The notes under the pieces: generated by a model
The model's database searches: none
Told to the model about the DNA's origin: nothing
The model's input: only the letters and a program-made list of their open reading frames with translations
Shown: positions 17,031 through 26,431 of the stretch, in pieces
Position numbering within the stretch: position 1 is the stretch's first letter
Layout: each line of letters starts with the position of its first letter
Translations under genes and position numbers: made by a program
Sequence record: NC_017972.1
Length of the DNA: 64,000 nt
Strand: one strand, 5' to 3'

Positions 17031-19957
17031 AGGTGAAAAAGAGCAAGAATTCTAACATTCTGGTTCCCGACAAATCCCTAGAAGTGCCTGACCGAAGTTT
17101 GATCACGTCGGGCAACGCGTTTGATTATTTGCTTTCTCTGAAATCCACTGGGCGCACACCTGCGGCCCGTGTGGACGACCTTGATTCGATTGGCAAATCA
17201 GCTGCATCCACGATCACTGCGATGGACGTGGATTCAGAAATCAACATTGCGAAAACCATCCGCGAATTGATGGATTCCAAAGTCGTCGTGCCCAAGGATA
17301 TGAAGATCGACGACGGCGATTTGCCGATGGCGAAAAACTTCTATGAATGGGTGACGCAAGACAGATTCGGAACAATTGGTGATGAACGGCCCTTTATCGA
17401 GCAATTGATATGGGGCCTTGTCGTTTTCAACGACTATTGCCCGAAATGTTCCGACATGGAATGGCTGCTGCACGCGCACAAAGTCGATGACACCTACACA
17501 AAACTCGAACGGAAAGTTGCGATTTTTGAGAACGGCAAATGCCCTCACTGCAAGCTAGGCCGCGCCAAGGCAGTGAAAAAAGGCCTAATGCCTTATTACA
17601 ACGAACTGGCGGTTAACGCGGGCCAGCGTTGTGTCATTGATTCCACGCCGGTAATTACCCCGCACGGCCTGCTGCACATTGCAGAAGTTTTCCCTGATGC
17701 GCCGGAAGGTTTCACCGACTTTGAATTTGATGTTTTCAACGGCACCGAGTTTGAGACAACATCGCACTACTTCAAAGCCACGCCTGAGCCTGTGTATCGT
17801 GCCATGACTTCACTGGGCTTTTCCGTATGTGGCACAACCGATCACCCGATCCTGACCAAAGAAGGATTCGTGAAAATCGGCGAGCTGAAACTGACGGAAA
17901 AACTGGATGTTGTTTATGGCTCGCGTGTGTTCGGTCCGAAGTCTTACCCGAATGCCTATGCAAACGGCATGAAATTCCGTGATGCAGCGGTAAGCCTGAA
18001 TCTGCGTTGCGCCAACGCGGAAGACGTGACCGATTGGCTGCGCGGTGTGTTTGCTCTCACGCCACGGAAAGCGTTTATCAACATGGTTGTTTTGCGTGAT
18101 ATTTCTGCGCTGCTGTTGAACGCCGGTTATCCGCACAAGATTGACGGCCCGTCGATTGTGTTTAGCTCGGTTGAGCACGAAAACCTGCTCAATAAAGTCT
18201 GGCGCTCCGGTGTAATCGAAGACACAATTACTTCTGTAATTAGCGCAGGCACACAAGCCACCTACGATTTCACTTTGCCGAAGACGCACCAGTTTGTTAC
18301 GGGTGGGATTATCTCGCACAACTCTGGTAAATCTCACACGGTCGGCACCTACCTTGCGCCCTACCATTTGCATCGTTTGTTGAAGCTGCAAAAACCGGCG
18401 CAATTCTACGGCCTGTCGCGAACCACAATGCTGCAAGGCACGTTCGCTGCGCTGACCTATACGCAGGCCAAGGATACTTTGTGGACGCCGTTCTATGGCG
18501 CCCTCACAGAATCCAACTGGTATCGCCAATATCACTCGATGTTGCGCCACTACGAAAACGTTTACGGTGAGCGATTATTTAAGCTGACCGACACCTACGT
18601 CGATTACCGCGTGCGCGGCTTGCAGTATTATCCTGTAGGCCCGGACAAGCGGATTCTTAGGGGAAGGACGAGGGTATTTTTCTCACTCGACGAAATTGCA
18701 TATTTCGACGCCGACAAAGACAGCGCGAAGGTCAAGATTAACGGTCACGAAATTTACGACGCCTTGGCGAACAGTCTCTATACCGTGCGTGGTGCGGCAG
18801 ACGTTTTGCTGGGGCGAGGCCTTGACGACGTTTTGAGTGCGTATGCGATGAACGTTTCGTCGCCTACCGCCAAAAACGACATGATTCATACGCTGTTGAA
18901 TCGTGCAAAAGAAGGTAGTTCGATTTACGGGATTCACCGTCCGACTTGGGAAGTAAACCCCAACTTCAAACGGACTTCCAAAATCATTACCGAGGCCTAC
19001 AAGAAAGACCCGGTTTCTGCTGAGAAAAACTTTGGTGCAAACCCGCCGCTGATTGCGAACCCGTTCCTTGCTAACCATAAGTTCATCATGAACATGGAAG
19101 ACACTAGCAAGAAAAACCCGATCAAAATCGAAGCGCGTTTCAAGAACAGCAAGAAAGTCGGCCAGTCGTACATGTACGGCGAAATCACGAAACTCAAGAA
19201 ATCCGGCAAGCCTTCGATCCTCGCAATTGACGCCGGTTTGAAGGACAACAGTTTCTCCATTGCTGGCGGAACCATCGACGAAAACTTTAATTTATGTGTA
19301 GACCTGATTTGCGAAGTTATTCCGCAACCGGGCTTCTTTATCAACTACTCGCTTATGTATTCGGAAGTAATTCTGCCGATTATGCAGGCGCGTAACGTGA
19401 AGGTTTTGCTGGCTGACCGCTGGAATTCGCTTTCGCTTTTGAGCGATGCACAGATTGATATGGGCGACCCGGATGCCGACGACGGTATGCCGACGTTCAT
19501 TGCGAAACAGCACAGTTTGAAATATACAGAAATGGTTGGTGTGCGCACGCGCATTGAGCAGGGCCAAGTGATTGTGCCTAAGTCGGAAATCAAAGTGAGC
19601 ACTCTGATGGACGCGCTCGATTCCAACTATCGTGAATTCTATGTTGGTTCTCCTATTGCGCATTTGTTCAAGCAAATGTTTACCATTAAAGACCTAGAAA
19701 AAGGCGTAGGTAAAGGCGACGGGTACACCGACGATAACTGGCGCGCTATGGCTTTGTTGCTGTGGGGTTTGCAGGAAGAAGAATTCACCGCAATGCTTAT
19801 GGCCGAACCGATGAATATGCAGCTGGCGCATCCGAGTGTTTTGGGTGCATCGAAACTTAGCAGCGGTGGCGGTTCCAGTGTAGGCTCCGGGGGCGGAGGC
19901 GGCTTGACCACGAAAAATGGTGCGCCGTTGATGATTATGGGAAGTGGGAGACGATGA
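17027..19957 (+). CDS. terL: Terminase large subunit (intein-containing)
   Basis: After removing the intein: GQR-SGKS Walker A, SLDE Walker B, ILAIDAG RNase H-like nuclease; N-terminal CxxC pairs. Confidence 0.88.
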   Translation: MKVKKSKNSNILVPDKSLEVPDRSLITSGNAFDYLLSLKSTGRTPAARVDDLDSIGKSAASTITAMDVDSEINIAKTIRELMDSKVVVPKDMKIDDGDLPMAKNFYEWVTQDRFGTIGDERPFIEQLIWGLVVFNDYCPKCSDMEWLLHAHKVDDTYTKLERKVAIFENGKCPHCKLGRAKAVKKGLMPYYNELAVNAGQRCVIDSTPVITPHGLLHIAEVFPDAPEGFTDFEFDVFNGTEFETTSHYFKATPEPVYRAMTSLGFSVCGTTDHPILTKEGFVKIGELKLTEKLDVVYGSRVFGPKSYPNAYANGMKFRDAAVSLNLRCANAEDVTDWLRGVFALTPRKAFINMVVLRDISALLLNAGYPHKIDGPSIVFSSVEHENLLNKVWRSGVIEDTITSVISAGTQATYDFTLPKTHQFVTGGIISHNSGKSHTVGTYLAPYHLHRLLKLQKPAQFYGLSRTTMLQGTFAALTYTQAKDTLWTPFYGALTESNWYRQYHSMLRHYENVYGERLFKLTDTYVDYRVRGLQYYPVGPDKRILRGRTRVFFSLDEIAYFDADKDSAKVKINGHEIYDALANSLYTVRGAADVLLGRGLDDVLSAYAMNVSSPTAKNDMIHTLLNRAKEGSSIYGIHRPTWEVNPNFKRTSKIITEAYKKDPVSAEKNFGANPPLIANPFLANHKFIMNMEDTSKKNPIKIEARFKNSKKVGQSYMYGEITKLKKSGKPSILAIDAGLKDNSFSIAGGTIDENFNLCVDLICEVIPQPGFFINYSLMYSEVILPIMQARNVKVLLADRWNSLSLLSDAQIDMGDPDADDGMPTFIAKQHSLKYTEMVGVRTRIEQGQVIVPKSEIKVSTLMDALDSNYREFYVGSPIAHLFKQMFTIKDLEKGVGKGDGYTDDNWRAMALLLWGLQEEEFTAMLMAEPMNMQLAHPSVLGASKLSSGGGSSVGSGGGGGLTTKNGAPLMIMGSGRR
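17630..18322 (+). mobile_element. Intein of 231 aa with a degenerate LAGLIDADG remnant, inserted in the terminase Walker A
   Basis: Starts CVIDSTPV; block B TTDHPIL; ends IISHN with Ser at +1; WLRGVFA and ISALLLNAGY look like endonuclease remnants. Confidence 0.9.
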
Positions 19958-19988
19958 AGAGCCGAGTAAAACTTGAGGAAAACAACTC

Positions 19989-21299
19989 ATGGCAAATCAG
20001 ATCGACCTCACGCAATACAAGTGGTTTCAGTACGATGAAAACGCGGCAGAACTTGAGTTTGGCGAACCTCGCCATAACGAAGAGTATTTGCTGGCGCTGC
20101 ATCCGGGCAACGTGTACGGCGTTAAGAAACGTGCGCACGGTATTATCGTTGTCCACAAAAACAGCCCTGATATTACCTTCCACCTGAATGAGCAAGAATA
20201 CAACCGGATTGTTTCGCACAGTCGCGGCTGGTCTGGCAAAGTCAAACGTGTGGCTGTACAGGCGGGCGTCGGCGGTTATGACAAACCAAAAGACGTTCTG
20301 CCGCCCGGTTGGTTTGAGATTGAACTGGACAGTTCCAACCTCAACACCACGATCTACGATTCAAAGAACAAAATTCTCTATGTTGCTTTCCACAACGGCG
20401 CGTCGTGGGCATATGAAAATGTGTCCATGAAAGAATTCCGTGAAATGGAAGCGATGGAGTCTCGCGGTAAGTATTTCAACTGGCGAATCAAATACGTCAA
20501 ACGGCAGTACAAAATCGGTAACAACTTCGACAAGCCGCCGTATGACACAGCGCCAATTGGCGATGCGCTCACGCCGAAAATGCCGAAGTCTGGCCCGCCA
20601 CCGGAATTCGCAGGCCCACCGGATCGCCCCGTACCGAAGAAAGACAAAGCGCCCGCGAAACAAAAGTTCGTCATTCCTGCCGGGATGAAGGTTAACCCGA
20701 AAGCGAAAATCGACATTACCCATTCTGCACACCCCGGTAAGTCCACGACTAAATCGTGGTCGGGCGTAGGCTTTGAATGGCTGGGCGCAAAAAACCCTGA
20801 GCTGGACCGCATTTTGGGCGAGCTGTACAAAAACGGTAAAGCCGAAGTAGACGATGGAAAAGGCATTGCTACTCTGGTGCTGAAAGACAAGATTTTGGTG
20901 CCTGAAAAAGAAGAGCCTGCAAAGCCGCGTTCCTCTGCTGTACAGGTTATGGACGTGAGCGGTGCTACCGAAGAGAAACCCGGTGCTGCTAAACGTACTG
21001 TGCGTATCCCGAAATCCGCGTTTGAAACATGGCTGGACGTGGAGCAGAAAATGGCAACCGGTGGTAAGGATGGTGATGCGTTCAAAATCATCCGGCGCCA
21101 GCGTGTTGATTCAGAAGCGGACATTTTCAAACTGCTGGGATCGCTACGCACCAGCACACTCGCACGGGATCACAAACAGGCGTTCCGCACTGCCGTAGAG
21201 TCTATCGTGTCTTTGGCTGATCAATATCCATTTACCGCGAAAGGCAAAACCACGTATAAAACTCTGCGCAAGCACGTCATTGCGATGGGCAAAGCTTAA
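19989..21299 (+). CDS. KTSC-domain protein
   Basis: LDSSNLNTTIYDSKNKILYVAFHNGASWAYENVS...ESRGKYFNWRIK is a KTSC signature. Confidence 0.8.
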   Translation: MANQIDLTQYKWFQYDENAAELEFGEPRHNEEYLLALHPGNVYGVKKRAHGIIVVHKNSPDITFHLNEQEYNRIVSHSRGWSGKVKRVAVQAGVGGYDKPKDVLPPGWFEIELDSSNLNTTIYDSKNKILYVAFHNGASWAYENVSMKEFREMEAMESRGKYFNWRIKYVKRQYKIGNNFDKPPYDTAPIGDALTPKMPKSGPPPEFAGPPDRPVPKKDKAPAKQKFVIPAGMKVNPKAKIDITHSAHPGKSTTKSWSGVGFEWLGAKNPELDRILGELYKNGKAEVDDGKGIATLVLKDKILVPEKEEPAKPRSSAVQVMDVSGATEEKPGAAKRTVRIPKSAFETWLDVEQKMATGGKDGDAFKIIRRQRVDSEADIFKLLGSLRTSTLARDHKQAFRTAVESIVSLADQYPFTAKGKTTYKTLRKHVIAMGKA

Positions 21300-21320
21300 C
21301 CGCCACCGATAGGAAAATTC

Positions 21321-21932
21321 ATGCCAATTCTCGCCGATGTTTTAGTGGAAACCCTCAAAGACGACGAACCTCGTTACCTGCAAATGATAGAAAGTGGGGA
21401 ATTAGTCTACGACCGAAAAATCGTAGCGATGGCTCGCGTTTATCAACTCTACGTCGGCGTTGATCGGTACGTGGAATCCCTGTCCAACTGTCGCCTAATC
21501 GTTTTGCTCAAAGATGGAGAATGCGTTTATTCTTGTTATTTCAAGGTGGCTCATTCTCCCCACTTTGGCAACCGCGTTGTTCAAACCGAAGTACGCCAAG
21601 CGCCGGGCTGTGAAGGCCTTGCGCGTTCCATGATGAAAAACTACTTCCTCAAGGATTATGACTGCATCCGCACTGACCTTGGCAGCACAACGCAAGGCAT
21701 GAAAATGTGGCAAACATTCTACGACGATTACCGCCGTGAACTCTTTTTCTACAAGGCACAGATTAACATTGATTTGCGCACGTCTGATGGACTTTCAAAT
21801 CAGGATGCCTCTTACACAGAGGTTGCGCGGCGCGTTGGCCGTATCCGGTTAGGGCGTTTGCACCCGAACTGGTGGCACGACAACAAAGCCGGAAACGTAT
21901 GCGTTATCTACGCGTCCAACAATCCTATGTGA
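21321..21932 (+). CDS. Hypothetical protein, possible GNAT fold
   Basis: EVRQAPGCEGLARSMM...TDLGSTTQGMKMW. Confidence 0.4.
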   Translation: MPILADVLVETLKDDEPRYLQMIESGELVYDRKIVAMARVYQLYVGVDRYVESLSNCRLIVLLKDGECVYSCYFKVAHSPHFGNRVVQTEVRQAPGCEGLARSMMKNYFLKDYDCIRTDLGSTTQGMKMWQTFYDDYRRELFFYKAQINIDLRTSDGLSNQDASYTEVARRVGRIRLGRLHPNWWHDNKAGNVCVIYASNNPM

Positions 21933-21941
21933 GAAAAACAA

Positions 21942-23924
21942 ATGCGAGTTAAACGGAAGAGTCCAATTTACGATCCGCGTTTTGCAGCGCCAGCGCAAAC
22001 CCCGGCAAAAGATGCGAGCATGGGGAGTTTCCAACCTTACCCGCGTTCGGCACACCAGCAAATCAAAGAGGCTGCGGCAGAGCAGCTAAATACCGAAATC
22101 TTGGCAACGGCGGCAGGCAACGCGCAAATGTCGCAGCTGCCAATTGAAATCGATATTGACCCGTTGCTGAAAGACATTGTGTTTTCCGAAGACCTTGAGC
22201 AGAAAAAGCTGGTCATGCGGATTTACACTGACATGTATTACAACAGCTCTATCGGCGGTTCGATTGTAGATATCAAATCGCAGCTGATGTTTTCCGACTT
22301 CACTATCTCCGGCATCATGGACCGGAAGGTAATGGATGAATTCATGGAAAACATTGACCGTCTCGACGTGCGTAACCTGATGCCAGACTTGGCAGTCGAT
22401 TACAACGTAAAAGGCGGTTTTGTTGGTTCTCTTCTGTACAACGAAGACAAACAAGTATTCTCGCGCATCATGCCGCACGCGTGGGAAAACACTAAGCTGG
22501 ATCAATTGCCATTCCACGGCACTGACCCGCTGATCACTGTTGCATTCCCTGAGTATATTCGTTCGACAATGGCGTCGGACTCGCCGCGTGTAAAAGCACT
22601 GCGCGAATATCTCGGTTCCAACGTGATGAAACAGCTGAGCAACGAAGCGCTAGAACTTGATCCGAAATCTACGGTTTATGTTCCTCGCCGCTCCGGTGCA
22701 AACAGCACTGCGACCTCCTATTTCCGCCGCATTATGCCGTGGTATTTGCTGGAGAAAAACCTGTTCCGTGGTACGCTTGTGCGTTCGGCAATGCGCCAAA
22801 AAGGCATTTTGCATGTAACCCTCGACGGTGCCGGTGAATGGGAACCAACGCTTGCGGATATGCAAGCGGTAATGGATATGTTTATGAACGCGGATGCTGA
22901 TCCGGTTGGCGCCGTGGTTGCAACGCGTGGTGGTATTTCCACCGAAGAAATCCGTGACCCGCAAGGCGGCTGGACAATCTTCGATAACAAAGATGCCATC
23001 GATTCCATTATGATGAAAGCTTTGGGTATTTCTGATGCGTTCCTTTCTGGTGACGCCTCCTATACCAACGGCGATACGTCTACCACTTTCTTCATCGACG
23101 GCATCCGTACAGAACGGGATTTCCTTACTCGCAAAACTCTGTACAACCGCATTTTCCCGATGATTAGTGCGCTCAAAGGTTACACGCTGAACAAAGACGG
23201 CAAATTGATCGTAAAAGGCAACAGCCTTGAAAAGATGGATTTGCTCGGTTCGTTTGCGCGGCTGGATGATGGTTCCCGTTTGCTGATTCCTAGCGTCCAC
23301 TGGGAAAAGACTTTGCAGCCGGAAGGCGACCAGCAATATCTCGATATGCTGCAAGCAATGTCGGATAAAGGCGTACCGGTTCCGTTGCGTGTTATGGCGG
23401 CTGCTGGTGGCCTCAACCTCGACCGTTTGCTGGCTGGTCAAGATTCCGATTTGCAGACGCAAGAACAGCTGTACCAATTCCAAAAGAAAATCAAAGACCT
23501 GAAAAAGAAATACGGTATTGATGATGGAATGGGTGGTGGCATGGGCGGTGACGGTGGCTTTGCTGCCGCTGCATCCTCGCGTTTCCACACCGGTATTGAT
23601 CCAGCTGATCGTCAAATCCTCGCAATGGCAAAAGCCAACCCGCGTGCTTATGAGCAATTGCGCGCAGAAGCACAATCCATTTATAACGAAAACTTGAACA
23701 GCACCTATTCCGACGTGCTGGCTCACGGTAACGGTCAAATGGTCGGTCTGGCAAATCGCCAATTCGGCGAATCGATGATGGAAGTTGCAGGCGAAACGCA
23801 CGACGGTAAAAAGCGTTATCTGCATAACCAAAAGCTGGCAAACGAGCGGGTTAACAGAAAGATCGTTGACTTCCTCAAGCAGAACGATGCGAAGCGTGGC
23901 GTTTCTGGAAAGCGCCGTAAATAA
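21942..23924 (+). CDS. Probable portal protein
   Basis: 660 aa, shortly downstream of terL; helical core (IYTDMYYN..IGGSIVD, ALGISDAFLSG) and a Gly-rich tail. The call relies on position and size. Confidence 0.6.
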   Translation: MRVKRKSPIYDPRFAAPAQTPAKDASMGSFQPYPRSAHQQIKEAAAEQLNTEILATAAGNAQMSQLPIEIDIDPLLKDIVFSEDLEQKKLVMRIYTDMYYNSSIGGSIVDIKSQLMFSDFTISGIMDRKVMDEFMENIDRLDVRNLMPDLAVDYNVKGGFVGSLLYNEDKQVFSRIMPHAWENTKLDQLPFHGTDPLITVAFPEYIRSTMASDSPRVKALREYLGSNVMKQLSNEALELDPKSTVYVPRRSGANSTATSYFRRIMPWYLLEKNLFRGTLVRSAMRQKGILHVTLDGAGEWEPTLADMQAVMDMFMNADADPVGAVVATRGGISTEEIRDPQGGWTIFDNKDAIDSIMMKALGISDAFLSGDASYTNGDTSTTFFIDGIRTERDFLTRKTLYNRIFPMISALKGYTLNKDGKLIVKGNSLEKMDLLGSFARLDDGSRLLIPSVHWEKTLQPEGDQQYLDMLQAMSDKGVPVPLRVMAAAGGLNLDRLLAGQDSDLQTQEQLYQFQKKIKDLKKKYGIDDGMGGGMGGDGGFAAAASSRFHTGIDPADRQILAMAKANPRAYEQLRAEAQSIYNENLNSTYSDVLAHGNGQMVGLANRQFGESMMEVAGETHDGKKRYLHNQKLANERVNRKIVDFLKQNDAKRGVSGKRRK

Positions 23925-23947
23925 CGCTAATTTAATCTTACAGTCGA

Positions 23948-23960
23948 AATACTGTAAATA
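23948..23960 (+). promoter_or_regulatory. AAWACTGTAAATR motif copy 5
   Basis: AATACTGTAAATA in an AT-rich intergenic region. Confidence 0.6.
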
Positions 23961-24119
23961 TAAATAAAGCTCGATGCTCTCAACTAGACAAGGTTATATC
24001 CCCGATTGTAATGCGATACTAGGCTTAGCTGGCCGCTAGAAAATGCAAAGCAATTGGGTGCGCCTTATACTGATCACAATGGAGCTTTATCAAACCTTTG
24101 CCTAAACCCAAAGGGAACG

Positions 24120-24155
24120 AACCGCGCCCTGTTTAATCGCAAGGCGCGGTTTTTT
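24120..24155 (+). terminator. Intrinsic terminator in the intergenic region
   Basis: AACCGCGCC-14 nt loop-GGCGCGGTT followed by TTTT. Confidence 0.65.
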
Positions 24156-24183
24156 CGTTTCTGGTCCCGAAAAATGGAGATTT

Positions 24184-24483
24184 GTGCGAATGTGGGATAT
24201 CAAAACCCTCCAAGAACAGTTGGACTTTTTGTGTAAGCTGGCAGGTATTAGTTCGGACGAAATCGATCATCGTTTGATTCACGAATGCGAAGAGCGTTTG
24301 AATCACGAACAGCGCACGGCCTACGTCGATTACATTAGTGGCATTGCTGCTGATTTGACTTACCGCCGTATGCACCCGGATTCGCCAGACGCCAGCACGC
24401 TGTTTTATTTCACCATGATGCGTATTCCACGCAACATAAAAGCCAAGATGATTTGGTGTGCAGTGACCGGTAATCAGCCATGA
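24184..24483 (+). CDS. Hypothetical protein (99 aa)
   Basis: GGAG RBS; ATGA overlap with the spike gene. Confidence 0.7.
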   Translation: MRMWDIKTLQEQLDFLCKLAGISSDEIDHRLIHECEERLNHEQRTAYVDYISGIAADLTYRRMHPDSPDASTLFYFTMMRIPRNIKAKMIWCAVTGNQP

Positions 24484-25268
24484 GTGGATCGCCTTTAAAC
24501 AATGCGCGGCACATGAAGAAACAGGGGCTTGATCCTGCAACTGTTTTTGCTGGTGTTGTCGTAGATAACAAAGACCCACGAAAAGCCAGTCGCGTTCGCG
24601 TGCGTGTGCCTGACGTTATGCCTGATGCAATTCCCGATAACCATTTGCCTTGGGCATTGCCAACAAATCAGAGCTACGCGGTAGACGCCGATAAAGCCGA
24701 ACGCGCAGGCAGCGTTGATATTCCGCCAATTGGTGCGAAGGTTGGAGTTCGCTATCCGACCGGCGATCCGCACAAACCAGAACTGGCGCCTTATCCCGGT
24801 GATAAGAAAACCATTCTGAAAGAAGCGGAAAAGAATTACCCGAAACGCAAGGTCGAGCGGCTGGATAACGGCTGCTATATGATCATCGATAAAGAAACGA
24901 ACGAAGTGTTTGTCACCAACCCCGGCGATACCCATTTTGTTTTCCTCGGTGATTACAGCAAAACCGTTGTCGGTAAATGCACGGAAATCGTAACCGGTTC
25001 TGTTGGTGACGTGCCTGAGTATTTGCTGAATGCGTCGGATACAAAGATTCGGGAAATTGCAGCAAAGAGCGCTGGCGGTGTGGCCTTCAAAGGCAGCGGC
25101 GGCGCAGGTTCCAAATACGAACATGTTAAGGGCGATTACACGTTGATCATTGACGGCAATCGTATCGTAAAAGTCAAAGGAAACGACTCATTGAATGTTG
25201 GCCGTAACCGTGACGAAACCGTAACCGGCAACCACAAGATTATGAGTATGCGTTCCGACACGAACTGA
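24480..25268 (+). CDS. Baseplate central spike, gp5/VgrG-like (OB fold plus beta-helix)
   Basis: GVVVDNKDP..SRVRVRVP...LPWA...IPPIGAKVGV OB domain; C-terminal VKGDYTLIIDGNRIVKVKGNDSLNV repeats. Confidence 0.85.
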   Translation: MSGSPLNNARHMKKQGLDPATVFAGVVVDNKDPRKASRVRVRVPDVMPDAIPDNHLPWALPTNQSYAVDADKAERAGSVDIPPIGAKVGVRYPTGDPHKPELAPYPGDKKTILKEAEKNYPKRKVERLDNGCYMIIDKETNEVFVTNPGDTHFVFLGDYSKTVVGKCTEIVTGSVGDVPEYLLNASDTKIREIAAKSAGGVAFKGSGGAGSKYEHVKGDYTLIIDGNRIVKVKGNDSLNVGRNRDETVTGNHKIMSMRSDTN

Positions 25269-25276
25269 GGTTAAAA

Positions 25277-25903
25277 ATGGCTACGCTTATTCAATCGCAT
25301 TTTCAACGGGCGGGCGATACCTACCTTCTAGAAGACGTGGATATTCGCGGTGGTTATCGCAGCGTTGCGACGATTACCGAACGAAACAATATCCCGCCCA
25401 CTGCGCGACGGGTAGGCATGATCGTTTATTGCATCGCTGACCGCACGGAATATCAGTTGATCGGATCAATTGTGAATTCTGCGTGGAGCGTGCGCCCTCC
25501 GTTCTCTGGTAAAGTTCATCAGGTTGCATCCGTTGTCGATGTTGGGCAGTTGCGCCAATATAACCCGTACACGTTTGAGCAGTATGCAAAAGCGCGGGTA
25601 ATTGCGTGGTTTAATGCGCTGCCAGAAGCCAGTCGCATCCTTAGCCACCCTATGTATTTCTTCAAGATTTTGTGTGCTGTTGGGGCGCCTGCTTCAACTG
25701 CGCAGGGCAGCGTTCTGCCAGCGGGCACCGAGTATTTAGGCGAAGTCACTTTCGTTTACGACAACGCCGGTTCTCAGGTTGCCGTCACCTTTATTGATTC
25801 CAGTTTGGTTAGTATTTCCAAAACGTTAATGCCGTTGGGTGATAATGTAATCGCTGCAATGAACGAATATGCAGATCGGAAAAACGCGGAGGCAAACCCA
25901 TAA
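25277..25903 (+). CDS. Virion/fibre-associated protein, paralogous at its N-terminus to 26421
   Basis: GDTYLLEDVDIRGGYRSV...ERNNIP..ARRVGMIV. Confidence 0.6.
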   Translation: MATLIQSHFQRAGDTYLLEDVDIRGGYRSVATITERNNIPPTARRVGMIVYCIADRTEYQLIGSIVNSAWSVRPPFSGKVHQVASVVDVGQLRQYNPYTFEQYAKARVIAWFNALPEASRILSHPMYFFKILCAVGAPASTAQGSVLPAGTEYLGEVTFVYDNAGSQVAVTFIDSSLVSISKTLMPLGDNVIAAMNEYADRKNAEANP

Positions 25904-26082
25904 TGGCTAGTCCTGAATATGTTCGCACCTTTTTGTCTGGCGAATTATTGGTAGGCAATCGCCGCTCCGATCCGCACGGTATTCGTTGGGCAAAGGAGCG
26001 CATACCGCAAAAACACAAGGCTGGAATGCAACGTCAGATTGGACGGTATCTCAGTGACGAACCGTCGAATTACTTGAGATAA
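25903..26082 (+). CDS. Small hypothetical protein (59 aa)
   Basis: Translated by hand, MASPEYVRTFLSGELLVGNRR...; TAATG coupling with a GGAGG RBS. Confidence 0.55.
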   Translation: MASPEYVRTFLSGELLVGNRRSDPHGIRWAKERIPQKHKAGMQRQIGRYLSDEPSNYLR

Positions 26083-26113
26083 GTAAATTCCCCATTAATT
26101 TAATGGTATCAAC

Positions 26114-26431
26114 ATGACTAGACTATTCGAGCCGCGTGTTCTCGGTGCCGGTATTATTATCGAGAAAGCACCGACACTGGATAACCACGGTGTCCGAAAA
26201 ATAGACATGGAATCCCATGCGCAAATCAAGACATATCAAATCACCGATGTGACTAGCGTAGAGATTCCCCTGCTGACCTCGGATTATATCGTGCAGTGTT
26301 TTGACGCGGCAAACTCAATCATTTATCCGAATAATGCGCGTGAAGAAGAAACCAGTCTGATCGTGGAGTTCCTTGCTCCGCAGACTGGTAAAATACGTGT
26401 GTTGTTCGTGGGAGGTAAAGGTGGCGACTAG
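26114..26431 (+). CDS. Small virion-associated hypothetical protein (105 aa)
   Basis: ORF between the two fibre-related paralogues. Confidence 0.65.
   Translation: MTRLFEPRVLGAGIIIEKAPTLDNHGVRKIDMESHAQIKTYQITDVTSVEIPLLTSDYIVQCFDAANSIIYPNNAREEETSLIVEFLAPQTGKIRVLFVGGKGGD

Noticed and set aside
19954-20187. 77-aa ORF at the terminase stop
   Set aside because: Almost fully overlaps the KTSC-domain gene in another frame and has no features.
24054-24236. 60-aa ORF in the intergenic region
   Set aside because: TTG start, spans a terminator and overlaps the next gene out of frame.
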